Assembly (NCBI GenBank): GCA_045105515.1
Contig: JBGCDR010000301.1
Coordinates: 1 to 17,217 of the forward strand
From: Oligoflexales bacterium
Lineage (GTDB): Bacteria > Bdellovibrionota_B > Oligoflexia > Oligoflexales > Bog-1112
Reading direction: 5' to 3'
Length of the DNA: 17,217 bases
Positions within the stretch are counted from its first letter, which is position 1; each line of letters starts with the position of its first letter. The position numbers and the translations under genes were made by a program. Below the pieces are notes generated by a model. That model had not been told where the DNA came from, did not search any database, and was given only the letters and a program-made list of their open reading frames with translations. Positions 8,499-17,110 of this stretch are shown in pieces.

Positions 8499-10184
8499 AT
8501 GGCCAATGAGGAAAACACAAGCCCAAGTAATTTCATTAGAAATATAATAGACGAAGACTTAAAAAATGGATGCTATGGAGGAAAAGTCCAAACTAGATTC
8601 CCCCCAGAGCCCAACGGTTACCTCCACATTGGTCATGCGAAAGCTATCTGCTTGAATTTTGGTATCGCACAGGATTATACGGGTGGTCAATGTAATTTAC
8701 GCTTTGATGATACGAACCCCACTAAAGAAGACACTGAATACATGGAGTCTATTAAGCGCGATGTAGAGTGGTTGGGATTTTCATGGTCAGGAGAACTTCG
8801 CAATGCCTCTGACTACTATGAACAGTTTTACAATTATGCGGTAGAACTTATTAAAAAGGGAAAGGCCTATATCTGTGAACTTAGCCCGGAAGATACCCGT
8901 AAATACCGTGGAACTTTAACAGAAGCTGGTAAGGATAGCCCTTACCGCAATCGCAGCATCGAAGAAAACTTAGACCTATTCACCCAAATGAAGAATGGCG
9001 ACTTTGATGAAGGAAGCCGGGTTCTTAGAGCAAAAATAGATATGAGCAGTGGCAATATGAATATGCGTGACCCCACAATCTACCGGATCAGAAAGGTGAG
9101 ACATCACCGCACGGGAAACAAGTGGTGTATTTATCCCATGTATGACTTTGCTCATTGCCTGTCTGACTATATTGAAAGAATCAGTCATTCCTTATGCACT
9201 TTGGAGTTTCAAGATCACCGTCCCCTCTATGACTGGTTTTTGGAGCAACTCACCGAAGAGCCCAGACCTCATCAGTACGAATTTGCACGGTTAAATTTAA
9301 ACTACACCATCACCAGTAAAAGAAAACTCAAAGAGCTGGTTGACAAAGCTCATGTAAATGACTGGGATGATCCACGTATGCCTACTATTGTTGGATTTAA
9401 ACGTAGGGGCTATACACCCGCATCGATCCGAGCATTCTGTGAGCGCATAGGAGTTAGCAAAAAAGAGACTGTCATCGACTTTGGAATCTTAGAAGACAGC
9501 TTAAGAGAAGACTTAAATAGTCGCGCCCCAAGAGCCATGGGAGTCCTACATCCATTGAAATTAGTCATCGAGAATTATCCCGAAGGGCAAGAAGAGTTTC
9601 GCGACGTAGCAAATCACCCAAAAGATGAGGAGATGGGCAAAAGACAAATTCCTTTTTCCCGTGAAATCTACATCGAACAAGATGACTTCATGGAAAACCC
9701 TCCCCCTAAATACCACAGACTCTCTCCTGGTAAAGAAGTACGATTACGCTATTCCTATGTAGTCAAATGTGAATCGCTGCTTAAAGACGAAAAAACCGGA
9801 GCAATCATCGAGATCAGATGCTCATATGACCCAGCAACCCTTGGTAAAAAGCCAGAAGGACGCAAAGTAAAAGGGATCATTCATTGGGTATCCGCAAACC
9901 ATAGCATCCCAGCTACGATAAAACTTTACGACCGCTTATTCAGTTGTGCAAATCCAACTGAGAAAGAGAAAGAGGGGGAGTCTTTTCTGAACAAGCTGAA
10001 CCCGGAGTCTCTGACTACTTTGACTTCATGTCAGCTTGAACCAAGTTTACAAAAAGCCAAACCTCTTCATAACTATCAGTTTGAACGTCAGGGATACTTT
10101 TGCTTAGATCCTGAAAGTACTAAGGAGAATCTGATTTTCAACCGTTCAGTGACTTTGAGAGATAGCTGGTCAGAAAAAAAGTAG
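8499..10184 (+). CDS. glnS: Glutamine--tRNA ligase
   Basis: [17 protein letters not shown] (HIGH motif), [28 protein letters not shown] (KMSKS equivalent), [15 protein letters not shown] and QFERQGYF. 561 aa, with no YqeY extension. Confidence 0.98.
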   Translation: MANEENTSPSNFIRNIIDEDLKNGCYGGKVQTRFPPEPNGYLHIGHAKAICLNFGIAQDYTGGQCNLRFDDTNPTKEDTEYMESIKRDVEWLGFSWSGELRNASDYYEQFYNYAVELIKKGKAYICELSPEDTRKYRGTLTEAGKDSPYRNRSIEENLDLFTQMKNGDFDEGSRVLRAKIDMSSGNMNMRDPTIYRIRKVRHHRTGNKWCIYPMYDFAHCLSDYIERISHSLCTLEFQDHRPLYDWFLEQLTEEPRPHQYEFARLNLNYTITSKRKLKELVDKAHVNDWDDPRMPTIVGFKRRGYTPASIRAFCERIGVSKKETVIDFGILEDSLREDLNSRAPRAMGVLHPLKLVIENYPEGQEEFRDVANHPKDEEMGKRQIPFSREIYIEQDDFMENPPPKYHRLSPGKEVRLRYSYVVKCESLLKDEKTGAIIEIRCSYDPATLGKKPEGRKVKGIIHWVSANHSIPATIKLYDRLFSCANPTEKEKEGESFLNKLNPESLTTLTSCQLEPSLQKAKPLHNYQFERQGYFCLDPESTKENLIFNRSVTLRDSWSEKK

Positions 10185-10248
10185 CTAGATGATACACTCA
10201 AAGAGCACCCATCGGTAGAGAATTTAAGGAAGCTTCTCTATTCCAATC

Positions 10249-10692
10249 TTATTCCGTCCAGATATTTCCTAAATTTAGCTTGCGAAATAATGCAGCAACA
10301 AAATCGATAAAGATAGTTTCATCATCCAACTGACTTTTTTCGTAGAAATTCTCAAGGATATCCTTTCGAATTTTATCGGCCTCAAATAGAGGGTCAGTGG
10401 CATCTGCAACATCCGGGAAGATTCCCTCTATTTCGAATTCGTGAATCGTTTCACGGAGCACATCTTCTTTTTCATTCGTGTTCGAACCTGAAGAAACTTG
10501 TGTCAAAATATTTCTTTTTTCGAAGTGTATATTAGCTAAAATTTGACTAAATAGCGCATCACTCTTCCGAAGATTTGACTGCTCAAAAACTTCTATCCAG
10601 CTACTAGTACATTCAGCAGAAAAGGCCTGGAAACCTAAACTAAATAGGGAAATATAAAAAAATAAGATTTTGAAAAAAATATTCTTCATCAT
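10249..10692 (-). CDS. Hypothetical exported protein (~147 aa)
   Basis: ATG 10692 (or 10689) gives MMKNIFFKILFFYISLFSLGFQAFS-A, a signal peptide I-like leader. The mature part is acidic and helical, and a promoter-like element lies upstream. Confidence 0.7.
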   Translation of the reverse strand: MMKNIFFKILFFYISLFSLGFQAFSAECTSSWIEVFEQSNLRKSDALFSQILANIHFEKRNILTQVSSGSNTNEKEDVLRETIHEFEIEGIFPDVADATDPLFEADKIRKDILENFYEKSQLDDETIFIDFVAALFRKLNLGNIWTE

Positions 10693-10770
10693 AAATTTAT
10701 TCCAGACAATTTGATTATTTGAAACTATTCTCAAACAATTCTTATAAGGACTTATTTACTTAGCAGGCGG

Positions 10771-10798
10771 ATTGTAGCATTATTAAAAATTTTGTAAA
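10771..10798 (-). promoter_or_regulatory. Sigma70-type promoter (extended -10) for the 10692 gene
   Basis: Minus strand reads TTTACA-N16-TACAAT with TGn directly before the -10 (TGCTACAAT). Confidence 0.5.
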
Positions 10799-10859
10799 AG
10801 AATAAGCGTAATAAAGGCTTTGGGGATGCCCTTTAAATTTCGGATTGGGGTTCTATGCT

Positions 10860-11285
10860 CTACATAGCCGCCTTTATAGCAAGAATATCACACTCCGCAT
10901 TTCGCATCAGACTTGCCGTGTGATTGCGTTTAAATAATGACTGTATTCCATGCCTACCATGATTACCCACGACCAATAAATCGGCTTTTATAAGCTTAAT
11001 CAGATCAAAGATCTCGTCTTCAATGTTAGCAACTTTTACAAATTGATTTTCCTTGGGTATTTCAAACTTTGTACCCAATTCAGTCATCTTTTTCCTGACA
11101 TCAGCTTCATAGTTTTCGGCAACATCTAAAAAAGGTGGTGGCGTATGAACAGGCTCAATAATATGAACCAGGTGCAGATGTCCCTGGTAAGATTTCGTCA
11201 TATCCGAAACTTTGTGTAAAATCTCTTCATCAAATCCACCGGTGAGTTCTAATGCAATCAGAATGTTTGTGTATCTCTTTCCCAT
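10860..11285 (-). CDS. Universal stress protein (UspA family)
   Basis: YTNILIALEL, LHLVHIIEP, ADLLVVGNHGRHG and LMRNAECDILAIK. About 141 aa from ATG 11285, with a G-rich RBS upstream. Confidence 0.92.
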   Translation of the reverse strand: MGKRYTNILIALELTGGFDEEILHKVSDMTKSYQGHLHLVHIIEPVHTPPPFLDVAENYEADVRKKMTELGTKFEIPKENQFVKVANIEDEIFDLIKLIKADLLVVGNHGRHGIQSLFKRNHTASLMRNAECDILAIKAAM

Positions 11286-11408
11286 TCCCAAATCCCCCAA
11301 TTACAAATCACAATCGACAACTTTTAATATGTTTCAGCACTTAGCAACGCATAATTTTACACATAACTTCAACAAATTAGCTCATAACACCAAGATAAGG
11401 AAATCTCT

Positions 11409-11501
11409 TCAAAAACATTTCGTCGCCTTCATCACTAGATTTAGCAATATTAAGCATACGACCAGCACCACTAACAAATGCACATTTATTTGGTCTTTCA
11501 T
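11409..11501 (-). CDS. Candidate 30-aa single-TM peptide MKDQINVHLLVVLVVCLILLNLVMKATKCF
   Basis: Hand-translated. One strongly hydrophobic stretch, co-oriented with and upstream of usp; weak RBS. Confidence 0.25.
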   Translation of the reverse strand: MKDQINVHLLVVLVVCLILLNLVMKATKCF

Positions 11502-11874
11502 CGTGTCACTCTACTCATATTTGCAAATAACCATAAAATGAGACCATTCACATGGCACTTTTATCTAAGCACATGTGTATCAAACACCAATAAAAATTTA
11601 AAACCTATATAGTTGTATTTTTTAACGTACTTTTGAATCATAAAAGGAATATAAGGTAAGCTTCCCAGCTCCCCAACAAAATAGATATTATTAGCACCTT
11701 AAAAATACACATTTGGCGCTTTTTACAATTTGGATTAAATTCCAATAATAACAGGCTATTATATAGTTTTTCTCATCCCGTTTTATTTTTATTCCGAATT
11801 GTATATGAGACATAAAGTCATTTCTCAATCAGAACGAGAGCACTACTAATCTATTTTAGAAAAATGGACGTGTT

Positions 11875-12030
11875 ATGGTTTTCATTAAATATAAGGCTCT
11901 TAGTTTTGCTAAAAACTTAAAAAGAGGGAAAGCAAAGATTTTTAACAAAACAGTATTGATATGGACAATTTTTTGTTCAGGCTTTGCATTGATCTCTTAC
12001 TTACTTTTCCTGCCTGTCAGCCTATATTGA
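11875..12030 (+). CDS. Candidate 51-aa small membrane protein
   Basis: Hand-translated as MVFIKYKALSFAKNLKRGKAKIFNKTVLIWTIFCSGFALISYLLFLPVSLY*: a basic N-terminal half plus one C-terminal TM helix. GGA lies upstream, and it is co-oriented with the OmpA-family gene. Confidence 0.35.
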   Translation: MVFIKYKALSFAKNLKRGKAKIFNKTVLIWTIFCSGFALISYLLFLPVSLY

Positions 12031-12139
12031 CAGCATTTTGTTTTTATCCATTGAAGGGTGTATCCTAAATAATAGACATTTGTGCTGAATCCCAATTAAG
12101 GCGATAAACGACTAAGATTAGTTGCTACTGAATTAATTT

Positions 12140-13525
12140 ATGATAAAACAAATTCATAAGTATTTATTGTTCTTTTGGATTAGTAATCTTCCCTTCCTCT
12201 TTTCAAATATTGCCCTAGGAAATGCAGTCGGAACTGATTTCCATAATTTTAATCCGACTTCCAATGGGATCGATTTTGTTACCGTTCAATCATCGGAACC
12301 AATTGCACCTGGGGTATTAAATCTAGGAGCATTTTTGAATTATGCTGTCAATCCCCTCTATGAATTTGTGGAAAGCGAAGCAATAGAACGCGGTTCAGTA
12401 CGCAATAGCTTGTCGAGCATGGATATTAATATTGGACTCGGACTTACGAATAATTGGGATATAGGACTAAATTTACCAGCAACCTTAAGTCAACGAGTCG
12501 AAGAAAATAATACAAGAATACAATTTACCAAAACTGGCTTAAATGAGGTCAGAATAAATACTAAATTTCGCTTTATGGGTGACAGCCAAGGGGGCTTAGC
12601 ACTCGTGCTCAGTGCAAATATCAATACCATTGAGAACAATCCTTATTTAGGAAAAGAAGGTGGACCAATTTATAATACGGAACTTGTTGGCGACTGGAGT
12701 ATAAGAAAATTTGCATTTGGATTCAACCTAGGTTACCGGGTTCGAAATACTGGGGAGAAATTTGAAGAAGTTCCAGTAGAGCCCTTAAAAGATCAATACC
12801 TCTATAGCATGGCAATATCCCGCCTTATCAGCGGTTTAGATACTCAGTTAATTTTTGAAATTTATGGAGCTCAGCCTGCTAATGAACCTGACTCAAAAGC
12901 AACCAAACGCCATATGACCTCTTCAGAAGCATTATTTGGCGTCAAATACCTCTATAGCCATAATCTTGCCATTCATGGCGGAGCAAGTACCTATCTGGAA
13001 AAAAATGCCACTTCCCCCGACTATCGTATTTATACTGGAATTAACTGGACAGTAGGCCCACTATGGAAAGGCAGGCGTCGTAAAAGAAAAAGAGACAAAA
13101 AGAGAGTCGTTAAGATCATAACCCCAAATGTCACCTATCTTGAGCCACCTAAAGATGAACCAGTATTGAGCCAAGAACCAAGTCTATTTGTCCTTGAAAA
13201 CGTAGAATTTGAGTTAAATTCAGCTACCAGGATTGGAGAAAGGTCTCTTGCTGAGATTAACAAAATTGGTGAGCACTTAATTTCAACTGGCTACAAAAAA
13301 ATAGTAATTGAGGGACATACTGATTCTCTAGGTAGCAACGAATATAACTTAAGGCTCAGTAAAGAAAGAGCAATAAATGTCGGGGCCCATCTCATAAAAC
13401 ACTTTAATATCAATAAAAATTCGATAAAAGTGCTAGGCAAGGGTGAGTCAGTACCCATTGCAGATAACAGCACCTTCCAAGGAAGACAAAGCAACCGTCG
13501 CGTTGAGATAAAAGTCTACAGATAA
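12140..13525 (+). CDS. OmpA-family outer membrane protein (signal peptide, N-terminal beta-barrel-like region, C-terminal peptidoglycan-binding OmpA domain)
   Basis: C-terminal LENVEFELNSA...IVIEGHTDSLGSNEYNLRLSKERA...GKGESVPIADNST..GRQSNRRVEI. The N-terminal region has alternating amphipathic strands (FAFGFNLGYRVR, YRIYTGINW). Confidence 0.9.
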   Translation: MIKQIHKYLLFFWISNLPFLFSNIALGNAVGTDFHNFNPTSNGIDFVTVQSSEPIAPGVLNLGAFLNYAVNPLYEFVESEAIERGSVRNSLSSMDINIGLGLTNNWDIGLNLPATLSQRVEENNTRIQFTKTGLNEVRINTKFRFMGDSQGGLALVLSANINTIENNPYLGKEGGPIYNTELVGDWSIRKFAFGFNLGYRVRNTGEKFEEVPVEPLKDQYLYSMAISRLISGLDTQLIFEIYGAQPANEPDSKATKRHMTSSEALFGVKYLYSHNLAIHGGASTYLEKNATSPDYRIYTGINWTVGPLWKGRRRKRKRDKKRVVKIITPNVTYLEPPKDEPVLSQEPSLFVLENVEFELNSATRIGERSLAEINKIGEHLISTGYKKIVIEGHTDSLGSNEYNLRLSKERAINVGAHLIKHFNINKNSIKVLGKGESVPIADNSTFQGRQSNRRVEIKVYR

Positions 13526-13575
13526 TATTCTACAAAAAACCAAATAATCTACTTCAAATTTCAAGGAAAAATAAA

Positions 13576-16149
13576 ATGAAATCAGCAAACTACAGCCCAA
13601 AGCTCACCTTGATTTCTGCTAGTGTTATCATCATTTTCAGCATTATTACCTGTAAACATCAAGAGGTTCCAAACAAGTCAGAAGGTTCTAAGCCTAATTC
13701 TCCAAACTCAAGAAATCAGGGTTTGGAATTAATTGATGATGGCGATTATACAAAGGCAGTCAATAAAATGCGCGAAATTCTAATTTTACCAGATGAATCA
13801 CAACGTCAAAAAGCAATAGAAGTATTCCAAAAAACAGATGATTACCAAACTTTCTTGAAAAAAGATTGGTCTAATTTTGATGGTTTGACTTCCAAGTCCC
13901 TGAATGCGGCTACTGAAAGAATTGGGACTTACTATCCGGTTTGGGGTGCTATAACTCAAGGTGAGAAACCTTATTCATTTGGTGATGACCTTTCATTTTT
14001 TTTTGAACAAACTTTTTACAATATTTGGTGGAAGCGTACAGGAAAGCCCCCCTACCATATCGAATACCAGTCTGAACGTACCAAGGTATTTAATAACATT
14101 GCGACTAAAATTGTATATGAATCTATGTTTGCGCGAATTGAAGAAATGGATAATCAAAGCGCTAGAAATATGGCAAGTAATTTATTAGATCTACAGAAAA
14201 AAAATGCAGACCTACACACTTTCGTGAATTTCCTTAAAACCCTAGACCCCATCACCATCAAATTTATCCAACAAATAGGCCAAGAGCTTGCGACAAGAGA
14301 GATAACTTATAATAAAAAAACGAACAGATTAAAGACCAAAGATGGGAAAATGACTTCAATAGAATTGGTGCGCGATACTGATGAAAAAATAATATACCAA
14401 AAGATTAGATATGGACGCAGTTTGGAAAATGAATTTAAAACCTTTCAAGATGCACTTCCTCCCATCGATGGCGGAAAAAAAGGAGGATATGTTGATAATC
14501 ATCTCAAGCTGCTTTTAGGGGATAATTGGAGTTCTGAATATACTTGGGACAAAAGTGGCCGGACAGCTGGATCAATCGCCGAAGTTATACGCTTAATTCC
14601 AAATAACAAAACTCAGGAAGTTATTCGAGTTAAAATTCTAAGACCCAATGTAGAGTCAGAGATTGAAAAAGGCATAGCAAGAATCACAAGATCTTTGAAG
14701 GATGATGTATCACAACAAGCCCAGCATGTTCGCGGTGTTCTAGTTCATATGCGTGGAGAAACAAACTTCAAGAATGAAGTTAACAATGTCCGAAAAGCCC
14801 AAGCATTAAAACGAGGAAAAGTACAAAGCGTCCGCATAGTTGGAAAAACAACAGACAGGGCATTTGCAATGACTGAAGCTCGCGGCCAAAGCGCCAAATT
14901 CTGGCTTAAGGAATTAGAAAAAGGTAAGCTCAATGATAGTCAAAAGAAAAAACTACGTAATGCTCTTAAAGAAGCTCATGATTTTCTTCAAAATGCAATC
15001 CTCACTGGAGGAGTGATACATTCTGATCCACATCCAGGAAATTATAATATAGAAATAACAGATCGTAGTTATACCGTGTTTTTCTATGATTGGGGGCGAG
15101 TTTCTCAGCTCAACCAAGCTCCGCGAGTCGGTCTCAGCTATTTTTCCAAAATAGATGGCTCTGTAGATAAGCTTATGGATGCTTTAGATCACTTTCATCG
15201 CACCAGCGAAAAAGTATATAAAGAATTCGCCAGTAAGAAGAACAAACTTCAAAACCAATTTGAACAAGCAAAAATATTAGCACAAGTTGATCACGAAGCT
15301 GCAGCAGCTTACGAAAAAGCTGCCGAAACTAAAGAACTACCTATTTCTTTTTTTAACTCTGAATTGAAACCAATCCCTGAACTTGAAAAATCCATCATTA
15401 GTAATCCTAAAAATGAGAATATACGCAAGCAACTAGTAACTCAAAAACTTAAGATTCTCAACGATGCTAATCCAATCAATGAAACAAATCCAAGTTTCAG
15501 CGGAGCTAAAAGTGCAAACTCTTATTTCGATGATAGAGCTATGAAAATTATTTCTGATCAAAAGCTCCTCCCACCCGATGTAGGGAATGCTTTCAATGCA
15601 ATGGCTAAAATTGATGATGCTTTATCTTCGTTCAATGCACAATTCCCAGATAATTCGAACTTACGTTTAAAACCAAAAACAATCTTAAGTGCAGGTAGAA
15701 TGGATAGATTTAAATATTGGTATCGAAGTTCTTTATCCTATAATGGTGGGAAGCCAGGATATAGAAATCCTCACCTAGTGCGCAACAGATCCGCTGCAGG
15801 TGCAGTAGGTATAGCTACTATCGCTGCTATTGCGCTTGGAGTTGATGTAGCACTCATTGAAACTGGGGTGATACCTGACCATTTTTCCTTAGCCTCTAGC
15901 TCTAAAAAGAATAAATTCTTTTGTAAATTTACTCGAGATGATTCACAAGCTTGTGGAAAGTTTATATCCTCCTTCGACCTTAGCAACTTAGGAAATGCTG
16001 CGAACGCCTGCACAAGCGTTAAGGGAGTCTGGAGCCAAGAGGATTGTAGCAACGGACATTCATTTCGTTGTGAGCTATCTTACGAGACGTTTTCATTAGA
16101 GATATACGGAGACGATACTTGGGCTTACCAATGTTCTCAGGGTATATAA
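13576..16149 (+). CDS. Exported (lipoprotein-like) ABC1/UbiB/AarF-family atypical kinase with hydrophobic helix and Cys-rich C-terminal domain
   Basis: ABC1 motifs occur in the correct order: LDPITIKFIQQ, FQDALPP, TAGSIAEV, RVKILRP, GETNFKNE, AMTEARG, IHSDPHPGN and FYDWG. An N-terminal hydrophobic stretch ends at Cys26. RBS AAGGA at 13563-13567. Confidence 0.85.
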   Translation: MKSANYSPKLTLISASVIIIFSIITCKHQEVPNKSEGSKPNSPNSRNQGLELIDDGDYTKAVNKMREILILPDESQRQKAIEVFQKTDDYQTFLKKDWSNFDGLTSKSLNAATERIGTYYPVWGAITQGEKPYSFGDDLSFFFEQTFYNIWWKRTGKPPYHIEYQSERTKVFNNIATKIVYESMFARIEEMDNQSARNMASNLLDLQKKNADLHTFVNFLKTLDPITIKFIQQIGQELATREITYNKKTNRLKTKDGKMTSIELVRDTDEKIIYQKIRYGRSLENEFKTFQDALPPIDGGKKGGYVDNHLKLLLGDNWSSEYTWDKSGRTAGSIAEVIRLIPNNKTQEVIRVKILRPNVESEIEKGIARITRSLKDDVSQQAQHVRGVLVHMRGETNFKNEVNNVRKAQALKRGKVQSVRIVGKTTDRAFAMTEARGQSAKFWLKELEKGKLNDSQKKKLRNALKEAHDFLQNAILTGGVIHSDPHPGNYNIEITDRSYTVFFYDWGRVSQLNQAPRVGLSYFSKIDGSVDKLMDALDHFHRTSEKVYKEFASKKNKLQNQFEQAKILAQVDHEAAAAYEKAAETKELPISFFNSELKPIPELEKSIISNPKNENIRKQLVTQKLKILNDANPINETNPSFSGAKSANSYFDDRAMKIISDQKLLPPDVGNAFNAMAKIDDALSSFNAQFPDNSNLRLKPKTILSAGRMDRFKYWYRSSLSYNGGKPGYRNPHLVRNRSAAGAVGIATIAAIALGVDVALIETGVIPDHFSLASSSKKNKFFCKFTRDDSQACGKFISSFDLSNLGNAANACTSVKGVWSQEDCSNGHSFRCELSYETFSLEIYGDDTWAYQCSQGI

Positions 16150-16423
16150 ACCTTCTCTTTTCTAGATTTTAAGCAGTAAAATACATCACTTATATGTGAT
16201 TAGCGAATGAGAATACTAATTATACGGAATCATGCCTTATTTTTTCAAAAAACAATCTAAGCTACTTAATTATAACAAGTAAATACAAATTGCTTGTATA
16301 TCTATAAAATAAATATTATATTGCCGCAAAACTTGATTGAATTGAAAAAACAAATACTGGCTCAGCTATAAGCTCATAGCATCAAAGACTGATTTAATGC
16401 TTATGATAATTAAGGATAGAGTT

Positions 16424-17110
16424 ATGAAATTTTTTAGATCATTTGCTGCAATTTTACTATTCAATTTATATGCTCCTGTTTTACTATCAAAAACCAAATT
16501 TTTTAATTTACCAGCAATTGACTCGATGTTTTTAGTTAACCACTCAGTGGAAAATCCTGAAGCTGAGATCAGCTTTGTTTGGAATTCAAAATCTGTCCCA
16601 TACCATTTGAAATTTCTTTCAGACTTAGATTATAACGAATTATCATACTCTGATTTTGACAACACCACTAATTTCATCGGAAGTTTCAAAAAGATCTATC
16701 ATAAACCTATTGGCAATGATCATTTTATGATTATAGATGGTATAGAAAGAAAGTATGTATATAGTTTCTATGCGATTAAAAATATAGCTATAACAAAGTA
16801 CAAATTGATCGAATTTTCAAAATATTTAGATAGTTTTCCCAGAGTTGAATTAGTAAAAGAAGATAACAAAAAGAGATTTATATTTGCTGGTATCGGACGA
16901 AAAATAAAAAGACCGTTTTCAAGCAGTATCGAGAACGATAATATGTATGTACATTTTATGCACAATAAAGAATTATTATATGGAACCAGAATCAAAGATA
17001 AGGTAGTTGTAGAACTAGAAAAAGAAATAGAATACCTAAGAAACTTACTGGACCAGATAATGCAGACCTATTTAGAAAATCTTGAATTCAATAAGAAAAT
17101 GCAAAAATAA
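16424..17110 (+). CDS. Hypothetical exported protein (~228 aa), very AT-rich
   Basis: ATG 16424 with AAGGA RBS gives MKFFRSFAAILLFNLYAPVLLS, a signal peptide-like leader. No recognisable domain. Confidence 0.7.
   Translation: MKFFRSFAAILLFNLYAPVLLSKTKFFNLPAIDSMFLVNHSVENPEAEISFVWNSKSVPYHLKFLSDLDYNELSYSDFDNTTNFIGSFKKIYHKPIGNDHFMIIDGIERKYVYSFYAIKNIAITKYKLIEFSKYLDSFPRVELVKEDNKKRFIFAGIGRKIKRPFSSSIENDNMYVHFMHNKELLYGTRIKDKVVVELEKEIEYLRNLLDQIMQTYLENLEFNKKMQK

Noticed and set aside
8976..9188. 70-aa antisense ORF
   Set aside because: Shadow of glnS.
11212..11541. 109-aa plus-strand ORF
   Set aside because: TTG start inside usp on the opposite strand, no RBS, and His/Asn/Thr-rich antisense-like composition.
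11378..11547. Minus-strand frame with two in-frame TGA codons suggesting recoding or selenocysteine
   Set aside because: The well-supported genes here translate without internal TGA under the standard code, and no SECIS-like hairpin or selenoprotein motif is evident.
13291..13494. 67-aa antisense ORF
   Set aside because: Shadow of the OmpA domain.
13961..16052. Three short ORFs inside the kinase gene (13961..14188 +, 14745..14933 -, 15771..16052 -)
   Set aside because: All are nested in a well-supported 857-aa CDS and have no motifs.
13576..16149. Calling the kinase gene ubiB
   Set aside because: The export leader, altered KxGQ motif, extra domains and lack of ubiE/ubiJ neighbours argue against orthology.
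16768..16995. 75-aa antisense ORF
   Set aside because: Shadow of the last CDS in AT-rich DNA.
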